Shown here: positions 27,160 to 40,375 of the stretch, in pieces | Numbering within the stretch: the stretch's first letter is position 1 | Layout of the letters: the number at the start of each line of letters is the position of its first letter | Assembly: GCA_030141605.1 (NCBI GenBank) | Contig: JAQGDQ010000159.1 | Location: forward strand, 248,001-312,000 | Reading direction: 5' to 3' | DNA length: 64,000 bases | Source: Tubiluchus corallicola | Taxonomy: Eukaryota > Animalia > Priapulida | Position numbers and translations under genes: made by a program | Notes under the pieces: generated by a model | Databases searched by the model: none | Seen by the model: the letters and a program-made list of their open reading frames with translations, nothing else | What the model was told of the DNA's origin: nothing

Positions 27160-28163
27160 CTTGAAATTTCGTGATGGTTGCACGAAGCTTTTAACAATCT
27201 GATCATACTGACCTACAATTAAGTTAAGCCTGCTGAAACAGACTGTGTTAAGAAGTAAGAACACGTAAATCTTCTGAAAAACGCGAACATCAGTAACAAG
27301 TTACCATCCGTAAGAATATTCCAAAAAACTGCAATATTACTGAAGTTGTTAGGCGCTGTTTGGCGCTTGTGCTACCACGCATGCGCCACTTATCTAATAA
27401 ACAACTGCGGTATATTGACTGCCCATGTATCGTACTAATTTTTGTTAGCTATGATACTGTAACTAAACAAAAATTTCAGGCAAGCCTTTTTTTGCTTATT
27501 TCCTTGTACGAAGTGTTAATTGTGATATTTCAACAGGCTGCATCCGACCACCCTTAACGCTGTTTTATCTGTGTGCACAATGTAAAATTCAACGATCTAA
27601 ACTTGAATTATTTACATTGTCTGACTCCTATATAATAATATCACCAACAATAACCAAATGCTTTTATTATTAATAATAATAAATTACAACGAAATAAAGT
27701 AACTAGGGTTTTTACGTTTTGTTAATATTGAAGCTTTTATTATTGTCAATATTTCTTTAGTATTCTTGCCGACAAAATATATACTGAGGTCACAACTGTC
27801 CCTGATTTAAAAACAACTGTGAGTAAAAAATTAGTCTGCAAATTACTGATATTATTGTCGCTTATATGAAACAATAATTGTTAAAAAGTGCATCTGGCTT
27901 GTCAAATCATTCACGAATAATAAAATAACTATAATACAGAATTCATCCATGGGTCAAAGTGCAAAACATTGGGACGTAAAACAAATCACTATATCTCAAT
28001 GAACAGGTTTTAACTCTTCAATGGATAATCCATAACTTTTAACACTACAACCCATGTTAGATACGCTGGAATATAATTAGGAGGTTATAGTTTAGCAGAA
28101 TTGCATGGTCAAGCTGCAACACATTACATTATAAAACACTGATTAAGAGATGAGTTGCTCGTC

Positions 28164-28694
28164 AGCCCATATAGCGCGCTGCGGAGAAAAAATGTTTGAC
28201 GAAGCGGCAAACATCTCATGTACCATCCCATGTACCTCATACAAGTCGAAGGCTAAAAGCGATGCTGAACGATATGTTATTATCATTGCCCATTTTTAGA
28301 CCAGTTAATAAAGCATCAGACCTCTTTAAGCTTAAAAAAAATGTAATACAGTATGTATTAGAAAAACGTCAGCTCCATCCTAATGACTCAGAATTCATGC
28401 TAATATTAATACTTTCATGTTAAAGCAGTGTTAATTATTACATTAAATTTAAAATTAAAATTTTACTGTTATTACTATTTTAATATTTAATTTATTATTG
28501 TTGAATTAAGGAAAGCTGTCACTGCAATTAAGATCAATTAACACGCTTTAAACGCCTTTAATGTAGCATATAGTTTCTGTTGTTGAGGAATTTGGGTGGC
28601 CCATGTACTGCGCGTACTATCTGGCAACCACAAGTAGCACGTGCGATATATAGTCTAGAGTAGACCATGTACCGCATTCTGCGGTATATGGGCT
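28164..28694. mobile_element. MITE-like remnant with about 14-bp terminal inverted repeats
   Basis: Left AGCCCATATAGCGC versus right GCGGTATATGGGCT (reverse complement AGCCCATATACCGC), 13/14 match; the right end has an internal hairpin CCATGTACCGCA-TTC-TGCGGTATATGG. No clear target-site duplication. Confidence 0.5.
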
Positions 28695-29667
28695 AACGTA
28701 CCGAATGGCTCCTAACAGAAGCAATCATCATAAAACTGCTTTTATGGTCATAGATACGCCGAGTGCTCTATGAAATGTGATCAGTCTTTCAAACATGGAA
28801 GATACTGGCATGTGAGGTTTTGTAAATAAAGTGCAATTTGTCCAACGTATTCTTAATCATCTACTGCTGTTGACGAGTAATTTGTAGAACGTCAACCCCA
28901 GCAAAAATGAGAATTTTCTTCTGAACTAATAGAAAACTTCTCGGAGATAAAGCGCACCAGTCAAAATTAACATTCTTGTCTTTGCTTAGCTGTTTTATAT
29001 TGATTTATGACTCTTTCTAAGAGAAGATGATATGCGAAGTATTGCAATATTCAAAATGAGTTTTGCCGTTCTGATTTTTAACAGATTCCAAAAGTTGAGC
29101 CACTGAAATGAAGAAAGGAAGCACAAGATAATTTTAAACCACATCTACCTATTTGTCGCTTTTTTGGATTTTTGAAAGATTATCGGGACGCTGCCTGCTG
29201 CTGCCATCTATCGTAAACTACGTAGTTATTTATATTGCTTAAACGAATAAAGCCCCAAAGCACCACGAAAAATTACTACCCGGACGCACGACATTAATTC
29301 GTGGTTACCAATTATTACGAAATTACGTAATATAACTGTTGAAATGTAAGAGAAGCCCGCTCACCAAACAGAAATTGTTCAGATTATAATTATGGCAACA
29401 ACATACGGCAACTTGGTGACCATTTTTGCTAAAAAGTTTTTAAACGCGGTTGGAATAGAATGTAAAAAAAAGAAAGCCACAAGTTAGGCAGTTGAGCTGA
29501 GGTATAAAACGATTTAAAAACGTAATTTAGGATGAAAACAACTGTTGCTATAAATAGTAGAACTTAAAATGGTGGGAGCAAACGCAGTCGAATTTTTGAA
29601 ACTACAACTCTGACCGAAAGAAAGGGAATGCGAAAACCTGCGTGTGATCGTAAACATTAACGTTTTT

Positions 29668-29715
29668 TATTACAAGTCCAGTGACTAACGCCACAACCAT
29701 TAGACCACACCGCCC
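29668..29715 (-). mobile_element. Fragment of a tRNA-derived SINE head
   Basis: Minus strand GGGCGGTGTGGTCTAATGGTTGTGGCGTTAGTCACTGGACT has an A-box-like 5' half; no B box is visible. Confidence 0.35.
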
Positions 29716-31254
29716 TTTATGATCAATGCAGGTTTTAATTCAATCCCAATAGCTCACCAAACAATACAACATTTCCACTGGTAAAAGTAATTAAATTAAC
29801 ATATTTAAACTAACATAAATGTAATAAAATAAACTTTGTGAATTAATTTACAGCCTGAAAATTAACACATCCTGAAAATGAATGCTCTGCACCTGGCTGC
29901 AATCATCTCTGATCACATGGATTATCCATTAGATCAGCACAATTGTGGAAATTGATAAAAATATAGGAAGACTATGCAATGTTTCAATTGGAATTATGAA
30001 CCTTCCTCAGGCAAAGGCATCAAAAGCTAAAACAAGCAGAATAACCAATAATTAACAGTAGAATTAGTCGGCTGTAAATATCAAATGTAAAATCGTCGCA
30101 GAAGAAAGCTTGCTACTATGAACAGACGCATGAATCGAGGTTTCGCGTATTGCATGAGAATGGCAACCATTTTGCTGACGTCAACGAAATTGGGCAAAAT
30201 CCCAAGTGAAATAGATAATTTAAAACATAATAATGAATTAAATCTTTGAAATCTGAAATGCTTTCACAGGCAAATATAACTCTTTACATGTAGGTCATGA
30301 TACTCAGGCCCTAACAGATAGTGCATTCCGGTATGTAGCCCCCAGACCCTGGCATCAGGTGTAAAAGTAAAGATGGGACTCAGGCAACGTGACCTGAGTT
30401 ATTAATCTGTGCGCATGATATACTATTTTGTGTGCATGGATTAATAACTCACGGCCACGAATTAATTTTTCTCAACGTGGCCCTTCGAGGACTCCATAAA
30501 ATAATGTTACCATTTGCAACAGTACCACAATAAACTTTGTAACAGAAACCATTTAGGTAACTTGCTTTAGATTCTTCTACGACCAGCTGTTATCAATTTA
30601 GGATTCATCATCGTTAATGATACCTTGTTATGTTATGATCCAGGTAATATTTTTTTGAAATTTTTCCCTCAGCTTGTAGATTCCGTTCAGTTAGCGCTAA
30701 AACTGCAAGGACTCTAGACTCTCTATCCTAATTACTATTTACAGTATCGACACTAAATTTCTGTAAATGTTCTATATACGCGATATCTCTAGTTATATTT
30801 TTACAATAGCACTTATGCGGTAAGCGATTATTTTTATATTTACCTTATTGTACGTAAAACCACACAAATTTCGTTATAACAAAGTAATTATAGACTGCCC
30901 TTTTCCTATTTTAACTAACAGTAATCTGAACTCATCCTATTTTTAAATTACTAACAAAAATTATTTTGTCCAATACGTCTAAATAAGGGTTACGACAGCA
31001 TTTCCTGGATAAAACCGGAGAGCTGCAATATGCTCCTCCCTCCTCTAATGACTTATATTTGTAAAACAGCATCATACATCATAATGTGTCAATGTGAAAT
31101 AAATTCAAATTCAATTCAAAATAAATGGATTCAAAGAAATGGTGTTATAGTATTGTATACGGATTATTTCAACTAAACAAGCTGAAGAAAAGCACACGAT
31201 CCGAGGAATAACAACCTATTGATTTAAATATCAGATTTGCAGCATTGTAAGTAA

Positions 31255-32335
31255 TTTCGAAAGCGTATTAGGGCCATGACATCCGATTATAAAAAAACCT
31301 GGTTATAAACAGATTCTTTTACAATCGGATGGCAAAAATTGCTATTAACCAGATTTTTTTATAATCGGATGGCAAAAATTTGGTTATAACCAATTTTTTA
31401 TTATCAGACGGAAAACCAAAAAATCTGGTTATAACTAGTTTCTATGTTACAATTGTACGTCTACTCTTTCAGTTATGGAGGAACGGGAAGACCTCGTGAC
31501 CTTAGACTCGGGTTTAGTAACAAAGAGATAATAGAATGTTTAGCTCATGCCCACCCGAATCTTTATGAGCGTGAGGATTATAAGGATAACAAAAAACTTG
31601 GATTGTTTCGAAGCCGGGCTCAAAGTAACGTAACTGATGTCATGCTATTTATTCAGGAGCAGATTGATAAAACGGGAAGCATGCATGGCTACAGGTGGAT
31701 GCATCTGATGTGTATATAACATGGGCTCGTTGTGTCCCAAGAAACTGTTCGTTTACTCTTGGGAATCCTGGATTCTGTTGAGGTATCATTAGAAAAATGA
31801 GGAGGTTATGGCGTGCCATTTTTACGTAGATTCAGTGAGGGAACAAAAACTGTTACCAAGTACACAAGTTCAAATTATATAACGGCCGGTAAACCAAATG
31901 GACTCCTTTCAGAGCCAGCAAAATACGCGCATACGCAAAAAATTCCAAATTCATTATTTTGTTTTACTTTGACTACTTTTTATATGGATATAATTCGATT
32001 AATGAATAATACCTATGTGCTAAAAAATTGAGCTATTTTTCCGCGCGGACTTTTTATAGGCAGAACTTGGGATTCTTATATAGTACATAATCAAAAAAGG
32101 CTCTGTTGTTCTATTGGGCTGATTGCCCCGCACAAATAAGTGTTTAAATTTTGCCAACAGATTACAAAAAAATTTGGTCATAACCAAACTTTTTGCCATG
32201 CGAGTATAAAACAATCTGATTATAACCAACTTTTTTGTCATCCGATTATAAAAATCTGGTTATGACCAATTTTTTTGCAATCCGATTGTAAAAAAAAATT
32301 GTATTAATCTTTTTTCCAATCCTTTTCAGCCATAG
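31255..32335 (+). mobile_element. Non-autonomous DNA transposon derivative with ~40-bp palindromic sub-repeat arms (IS3EU-like)
   Basis: Left arm 31280-31440 (ATAATCGGATGGCAAAAATTTGGTTATAACC units) and right arm 32150-32300 (GGTCATAACCAAACTTTTTGCCATGCGAGTAT, ATCCGATTATAAAAATCTGGTTATGACC) are reverse complements and enclose a transposase fragment. Confidence 0.75.
31475..31817 (+). pseudogene. Frameshifted N-terminal fragment of an integrase-core (IS3EU-type) transposase
   Basis: MEEREDLV../RLGFSNKEIIECLAHAH../KKLGLFRSRAQSNVTDVMLFIQEQIDKTGSMHGYRWMHLMCI*HGLVVSQETVRLLLGILD../RKMRRLWR resembles the G-YRWMH..GL-V..ETVR..L..LDP..RR-RRL-R segment that precedes the DDE core in these proteins. It has a stop and frameshifts, and the catalytic core is absent. 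Confidence 0.75.
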
Positions 32336-33555
32336 GGTTAATTTGCGACGACTAATTTTTTGACTATCGGCCTACTGATGACTTGACTAATTACGCCATG
32401 TATAACGTATTATATTCAGTCAATTGACTATTTTTATAAGGAAACAGACAATAATGTTCGTAACAACAACGGCAAATTGATGATAATGATGACGATGATG
32501 ACAATTGACGCTGTTATTGTTGTTGTTGTTGATGATGATGACGATGATGACGACGATGACGATAATGATGATGATGGTGACGATGAGGATAATGATAGTG
32601 ATAATGACCCAAACTGACTCATCGCTTTAAATTACTGCAGCAAATCAGTTTCGAATTTAGATATAATAAACCTAACGAAATAAGCGAATTCTTTTTTTTA
32701 AATCATTATTTATTCATTCATTGCTTGCCTAATGGAACGTCTGTTCCCCATTGTAGTCCATCATGTTGTACATATCGCATGTCGTGGAGAGTTAAGTAAC
32801 TTTTGAAGCTTCAGGTTATTCTATCTGCTGCACATTTGATCGATTCATTTCCTGATCAAGCTGCCAAGCTGCGAGAAGCCTGGCGTATTGGGCTGAGGCT
32901 TGAGTTTGTGAAGTGATGTGCTTTTTACGTTCATATCGTGCGGGTATGAAAAGGCTGTTGGCGCGATGAGGTAAGTCTGATCAAATTACAAAATTACAAA
33001 ATGAACAGCCAAATAATAATTATTTTTTGTGCACCGTTCTCAAAGAAAGAAGTAACTAGGGCAGTATGAAAGAAAATCCGCCCAAATCCGGTTTTATTTT
33101 CTTTGCAATCAGGACGTAACTGTGCTTAATTTCGTAACCAAGCACATACAACAAAATAATTTCCCTCCTCCTGTAACAAAAAAGAAGAAGAATAACAATA
33201 CCGTCATATGAATTTAATTGCTTAAACGCAGACGCAGTTGTCATAGCCTATCTACAGTAAACATGGAAATATGTTTTTGTGGAGGAATACTTTTCGAATC
33301 TCGTTCAAAAAAGAAATAGAAAAAAGAACAACAATAACAGCGACGATGACTTAATTAGGCTAATAATTTTTCGACAATCTAAGTTTGTAGCTGTAAATTA
33401 CTCGCAGTTACAGGTTAATTTCATTAAAACTAGAAAAAGAAGGTTACTAGGAACCTGTAATCGCAAACTAGAAATTGTAATTTGTACACTTTGTAAACAT
33501 TTGTATTATATTATGCATTTGTTTTGAAGTGAAACAAACAAACTTCAACTTAAAC

Positions 33556-33678
<123 letters not shown>

Positions 33679-36600
33679 TGAAAATGCAATTTTTGATTTT
33701 TCTCATTGGCCATCAATAGCCGCAGACCGTTTGCGCACTGCTGTCATGGATCTGTGTTTTTTTTCGCGAAATTTCTAATAAATGTACAATATAGTTGCAA
33801 TATTAATTTATCAAGGCTAATTTTCTCGCCATTGGCACTGAAATTTAGGGAAACTGTGTCCTAATCACCACCCCGGAATATTTTGCTGTTGAGCCGAGGC
33901 TACGTATTAGATAATTTATTTACTAAAAACCTTTCTTCTTTTAACTAAATTTATTTCTAAGATACTTGGTAATGTTATCGCCCTACTATTCCCTCAACTC
34001 ATACCTGTGAAAATAGTAAGATGACGACATAGATCATTCATAAATAAACTAATTCTTTCAGGGTAGGTAATATATTAATTAACTAAACTAAAATCAGGAC
34101 TAGACTTACATGCAGTTTCCTGACTACTGTAATTAAATTAAACGATAACAAAAATTTTCTAAACCCCGAAAGTTAACAGAGAACGAAAATGAATTTATGC
34201 AACGTATTTATCTTCCATATGTTTGGTATTTCACTTTTCTTACGTTACTCGCTCATTTTAATTAACTGCGAAAATTCCCAGCCAAAAGAACAATTGAACG
34301 GAAAACTGACAAAAATAATTTTGCATGCAGTCTTGGCTTGCTGCTTGTGTGCTCGTGCGTTACAAGAGAAATCTTGATGAATGGTTGATGCATTTTGGGA
34401 TGTGCGTGTAGGGGTAAATCGATCAATTAGGAACGGTGTGATAAAGTTACACCTACACGTGCCATCTCTCACTGCCTCTCACACGACCCGGTCTATTTTA
34501 TAACAAACTTTGAAGACATACCAATTTGCCAGCATTTCAAATTTTCAGCAAGTTTTTGCTTTTTTGGTCATCTAGTCATGACCGCCTGAGTGTTTATTAT
34601 CGTTTCAGGAGTAACATTAGTTTGTAATGACAAAAAATAGTTATAAAAACGATTTGAAGATAGCTACATTTGAATACCTAATTCTGTAAACACGTTGTTT
34701 TCCCTACTGCCAGCAGCCACAGTGGTAAAAATTAATAATTTGGGGGAAAGCGAAAAACTCGCACATTCGTTTATTTCGATTGTTTACCTTTTTTATAACA
34801 GATAAACAGGTTGTTAAAACATGACAGTTCAAATCATAATTAAATTTGGAAGCTGTTTTTCATTTTAAACTTGGCCATAAACTTGACTCTCGTACAAGCT
34901 TGAATCTTTTTTTGATGAGATATTAAAGTCAAAATATGAAACATGTCGGCAGCAGTAAAATAAACAAGCAGATTGACTGTCAGACATGCAAATGCCAGAC
35001 ATGCAATGCACGCCAGCCGAACAGAAGTTGTCAGCAAAAACAGCAAAAACCAAAACAGCGAAAAAATCAACAACTACGGCGGGTGGTCCCTCTTTTAGTT
35101 CACTTTGAGACATCCGCTTGAAATTTTCCACTAATGGTATTTATTGTAGTTAATAATGCAGTGTTGAACCTGAGGTGGTTATTGACTTATCCTGAAATTC
35201 AGAGCTGTTGAGATCAGAAAGTTTTTAATACTGTAAATATCAATACAAGAGAGAAAATTCTTCATAGATTTAAAGCATATGGTGTTAAAAATAGTAATCA
35301 CTAGCGCCATGATCACTGCCACCACCGTTACTGCCGCTGCCATGCGCCGGATACTTCCCGAAAACTACTAAAATCTACTACTTCCGTCGAAAAAGAACCT
35401 GTTACGTGTAGAACCACTCAATTCTCCATCCAATAATTTATATATTCCCTGTACACATTAAAGCGCGACGAATTTTTTTTTATCAAACTGTCTGATTAAT
35501 AATTGCTAATTAGCAACGCCACAAAACAACATCAAGGAGAGATTTTAGAGTCAAGGTAAAAATTTGTTTTGCCTTCGCTCTAATATATGGGTAAATCGAA
35601 GTTTTGTCATTATCGTCATCGTTAATAATACTATCCTAGAATGTTCATACTGTGATTTAACTCTGGTAAAGCAAGTAATGCAGTACACCAAAATGTTCAG
35701 TGAATTAAGATCTGATATGTTAGTGTTATAATGCCAGCAATGTCAAAACAACACCATTTCAATGCAGCAACCTGGGGTGGACCACTGTTTCGTGCAGCAC
35801 CCTGCAATTCAATATTATGCCAACATTGTCATAGTGTTTGCAAATGCTGCAATTTAACTATATTTAAATGCCAAGGTGTATGTAGTGTCTAGGTTATAAC
35901 TGCACTCACTATATAGGTTACATGCATGTACATAATTTTTTTATTTGCCCGCTTAGCAGTGCGGCAACTTAAGATACTACTCTGTATCATCAATGAATGG
36001 CGCCACATGCGTTGCATATACCTATGCGTCGGCGTCATAGAAAATGTTCTTAGTTACTGTAACGCCTTTACGAAGACTTGTTACAATTATTGAACTAATA
36101 GAAGACAACATATAGAGTTTTCAACGTTTTAACATTGAAGTCCGAGTTTTAAATACTAATTTGCCACAATAATCATTGCAGTTTCTACGCTAGCCAAAGC
36201 TTAAAAAATTAACCGTGCGCTTATAGAAATCGTGCTCAGTTCCTCGACTTTCAATGCAATTTGCATGAAATTATTGTGGCAATTATTTTATTACAGTTCT
36301 ACATGTGAAAGGTCAGCAATGTTTTCGTATTCACTGTGGGATTAATAAAACTAATTACATGCACGCCTAACAATAATTGCAGAATGATAGAAGCAATCTG
36401 AATGGAAAATAAAACGTTTATAAATAGGCAAACTGCTATGTTGCAACTATATTGCATTCTAGTCGAAAAGTATGGATGAAAGCAAAGTTGTTAAACTTCA
36501 TGTGTTTGTTCAAGTTTGTTTCTAATGTTAAGCAGTTGAAATCAATTTGGTATGTGGTTGCTGAGCTTCATTTACTTTTTCCGGGAGTATTATTTTCTAC

Positions 36601-37167
36601 ACAGTTCGGCTTACTTTTAAAAAAGTTTGTGTCCTGCAGTTAGTATCATGTACTTTTAATGTTGAATGGTTGTTGCAAGACTGCGACCCAACTAATTATC
36701 AAAGATAGTCGCCTAAGATGAGGCACGCGAAACACTGGTAGAAATCTTCGGGACAATAGGGAGATACTGTCCAGAAACAGTTTTCTAGCAGATATTAATC
36801 CATTTAGTAACCTAGTCCGGCGTTGCATAACTTCGTATTACAGTAAATACCGTGATCACTTAGCTGAAGCTGTATTCCCCTTATCTTTCTTTAAATGTAA
36901 AACTTTTTTCGGCGTTAAACATGAGACGACCAGTGGTGGAATCCAGTATACGCAATACATGGGAGCATGAAGTGTGATATATGGAGGTGATAAGTTAGTG
37001 TAGGCTATGATAATAATCTTGCGCTTTATTTTTGGGTTTTCTGCCATATTGAATCTGTTTTCGATGTTTACAAATGGGCACAGCGAAACCCTGCAGAAAT
37101 AGATGACAAAGCGGATAAAAATTGAAATGTGTCTTGGACTCTGTAGAGGTTACCACGTATTGCAGCT

Positions 37168-37169
<2 letters not shown>

Positions 37170-37209
<40 letters not shown>

Positions 37210-37210
37210 C

Positions 37211-37284
<74 letters not shown>

Positions 37285-37288
37285 TTCT
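37170..37288. repeat. (CT)n microsatellite about 300 bp upstream of the gene B start codon
   Basis: Seen directly; it produces the ERER/SLSL ORFs. Confidence 0.97.
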
Positions 37289-37584
37289 CCCCATGTAAGC
37301 TTCTTAATTCCAAAATATTAAAGCCCAACTTAACTGCAAAATAAGGCTAAAAACCTTGACGGTGTATCTTTCAAAACGCTTGAGAGTTTGATACTTTTGC
37401 AGTAAAAACAAAATTTCACCTGGAATTTGAATCTTCTGGTCAGTAACAACTGGATAAATCACCGTGATTAGTGATTAATTGTTTACCAATTTGCTGCAGG
37501 TACTTCCACAAACTTGGAATAAAATCACATCACGTTTTTCATTTCAGTAAAGTGTCACGTTAGCAGCCAAGGTTTCCTGTCATC

Positions 37585-38083
37585 ATGGAGTCTAAGGAAG
37601 ACATTGAGGAAGCTCAGTCGGAAATCGCAGAAAGTGATGCCAGTTCATTTCTATCTAAAAAAGCCAAATGCAAGCAGTACACGCTGAAGTTCATCGCATT
37701 TCTCTTCTCCAATGTTGGTCTGGTTGGCTTGGTCATCGGGTACTGCATATCTGGTGCATTTCTATTTTCTTACCTGGAATTAGACGAAGAACGAAGACGC
37801 AAGAAGTACCTAGAAGACGTCAGGAGAGGTTTCGCTAACGACATAGCCATACAGCTTAGGAGCACATATGTGGCGAATTATCAACTGAATGATCGCGGAC
37901 ATGTTCCTACTAATCATACGATAAACTGGGTGGAAATTGTTGTTAACAAGCTGATCGATTTTCAAAATAATTTTACAACATATATGACAAACAATGGATT
38001 TGATGGTAGTGAGAGCAGGGAGCAGGAACAATGGAAATTTATAGGTTCTCTGCTTTATTGCGTCACCGTTGTCACAACCATTG
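37585..38083 (+). CDS. K2P potassium channel gene B, coding exon 1 (N-terminus, M1, cap, P1); remainder not found in the window
   Basis: M1 FLFSNVGLVGLVIGYCISGAFLFSYLE; pore helix WKFIGSLLYCVTVVTTIG followed by donor G|GTAAGA at 38084 (499 nt, phase 1); start context ATCATGG; NHT and NFT sequons in the cap region. Confidence 0.94.
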
Positions 38084-40262
38084 GTAAGATAATTTACGGC
38101 GTAAAAAATTATTACTCTGCAGTTGTATCATTTGTGTTTGTCATTCGGAATAGTTGTCACTTAGAGGAATTGCTAATTTTGCGAATAATTCATTAAATCA
38201 TTATTATTAGTTGACAAACTGAGTGATAAACACGTCACTTGAATAGTTATTACACGAGGGAATTTTCACTGACTGGCTCTTCAATAATTGACTGACAGGT
38301 GCACCAACTGACTGATAAACCAGCTGATCAACGTATATATAATCCTTTTACGTACTAGTTGATAAATTTCTTAAATCACCAGTATAATCTTTTAAATAAG
38401 TGAGCAAGTAGCTGAATAGTAACTAGTTGATTGACAGTTATTAGGCTCATATGGCTAAACAACTAACAGTTCCATTGTTTCTATAACAGCTAAGAAATTA
38501 GACGGGTGACCAATTACATGTAAAGGCAACATTCCAACCAACTAGTAAACAGCCTTTCTTAATTTTTCTGTCAGTCTTAACGTGAGAGTTGTGGTATGAA
38601 GGTTCGGTATTTATTGCAAAATATCGTTATAGTAGCGTGTGTAATGAGACTGGCTAAACAAAGATTTACGATTTTACAAGGTCTGTTGACATTCTAAAGT
38701 TATTGTTCATCTCTCGGAGCAGCTGTAAAAATAACATCATGCCAGGATGTTACAGCTTCAGCTTCGTACATAGGTTAAATTCAATTCCGATTTCTAGAGT
38801 TAAAGAACACACTTAGCAAAGTACATCTCTACCACCTCTTCTTTTCATGCATGGTGCAATCAAAATTGATTGCGCTCCGATGTTGTAGGAAGGGTAATTG
38901 GCAATTTAAATAGCATGTGTATGTACTACGCTGCCAACTTTATGTGAGGTTTACATGATTTCTAAAATATTGATTTTTTTAAAGATCATTTCAATTATTT
39001 CAATAATAAGTGTAGTTTTGCCTTACCTTCCCCTACTGTATACTACTGCTACACTTTTTCACAAGTAGATACTAGCATTATTCACAATACTTTATCCGGT
39101 TGCTTTTAAAAGTTGGTTTGAATTTCTCAAAAAAAAGACATTATGCTGGCTAGTAAAATCGCGTTTAAATGTTTAAGCACCATTATTTTATAACCAGTTT
39201 TATAGATGCTGTATAATAATTACCCTAGACAACTGATTTATTATTTAGCATTCAGTAACTGGTTTGTTACTTCGGCTCCCATTTCGGATAAAAATGTAAA
39301 GTGAAGTTAAGAAACACGTGTGTATAATGGACTTGCGTGTTTACATTATATACGCAAATATTTTTAAAAATTTAACTTTCTAATAACTAAATAGTTTCTC
39401 AGAAAACAATTTCTAACACTAAGCAGTTTTTAGTCTTTCCGACATGTGTTATTGCCTTAACTGATTTAGTCCGCATTTACAATTTTTAAGGCTTTTAAAA
39501 GCTATAAAGAGCTTGTTCACGTAAACATTAGAAAAATCATTTTTTCTGAAGACACTTTAAACTTAGCCTGTGAAAATCACTTTGGCTGTTTCTCTGTAAA
39601 ATACATATACGGTAATTTGGACGCTATTAGCCGACAAGCCTCTGTATGGCTTTTAGTCATTTCGGAAGCCAATTTGTGCAATATATGCATTACACTGATT
39701 GCAGACACCATAAATAAATGTTTGCTTTATTTTATAACCCTTTTACTCTTTTGAACTAATCGATGAATTCTGCACTTATTAATTTACTTAATACTGTCGT
39801 TATTATGTGCTGTAAAATGCATTCGAGTGGAACATGTACCTAATTAGGCTTTACGTAATTTCGAAGAGCGTTGTACGGCACACTATTTATCAGATGGCAC
39901 ACTTTGCAAGCAAGTGACACGTATTTCGTTTCAGTTGAAATTATTAGCTCATTTGATAAAAATAGAAGTATATACCAAAAATTATTACCATAGTAAGCTT
40001 TTTTTCTACGTTTTGGCTTTTAACTGAGACTTATAGTCACCGTATTATGTATAATATCTAAACATTACAATAGCTTCCACACGTTTATGTTAGAATGTAC
40101 TATGTTGTTGAGAGTGTCGTGTGTGAACGGGTGCAAATAACAACGAGTTGTCGCATGAGCTATTGTCGTTAAATCGTCAATCCCGAACTTTCGTGGGTGT
40201 TATGTTGTGTATAAGTTCTTGTTGTGTGTTAGTAAAAACGTGCGAGTGCGTGAAAAAGGTTT

Positions 40263-40375
40263 GACCAGGTCGTTTAGCTCAATGGTAGCGTACTCGTGTG
40301 CACACGTAGGACGTGAGTTCAATTTTCAGCGAGTCAAACCAAAGACTTATTATGGAACTTTGCAGTCTCAAAAGT
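40263..40375 (+). mobile_element. tRNA-derived SINE remnant with a Meta-domain-like core
   Basis: A box TAGCTCAATGGTAG and B-box-like GAGTTCAATT, followed by GAGTCAAACCAAAGACTTATTATGGAACTTTGCAG, similar to the GTCAAACCAAAGACT..TGGTA..TGC start of the MetaSINE conserved domain (recalled from memory). Confidence 0.6.

Noticed and set aside
38084-38196. C-terminal extension KIIYGVKNYY.. of the 203-aa ORF
   Set aside because: Read-through into the intron after the canonical donor; it lacks the GYG filter.
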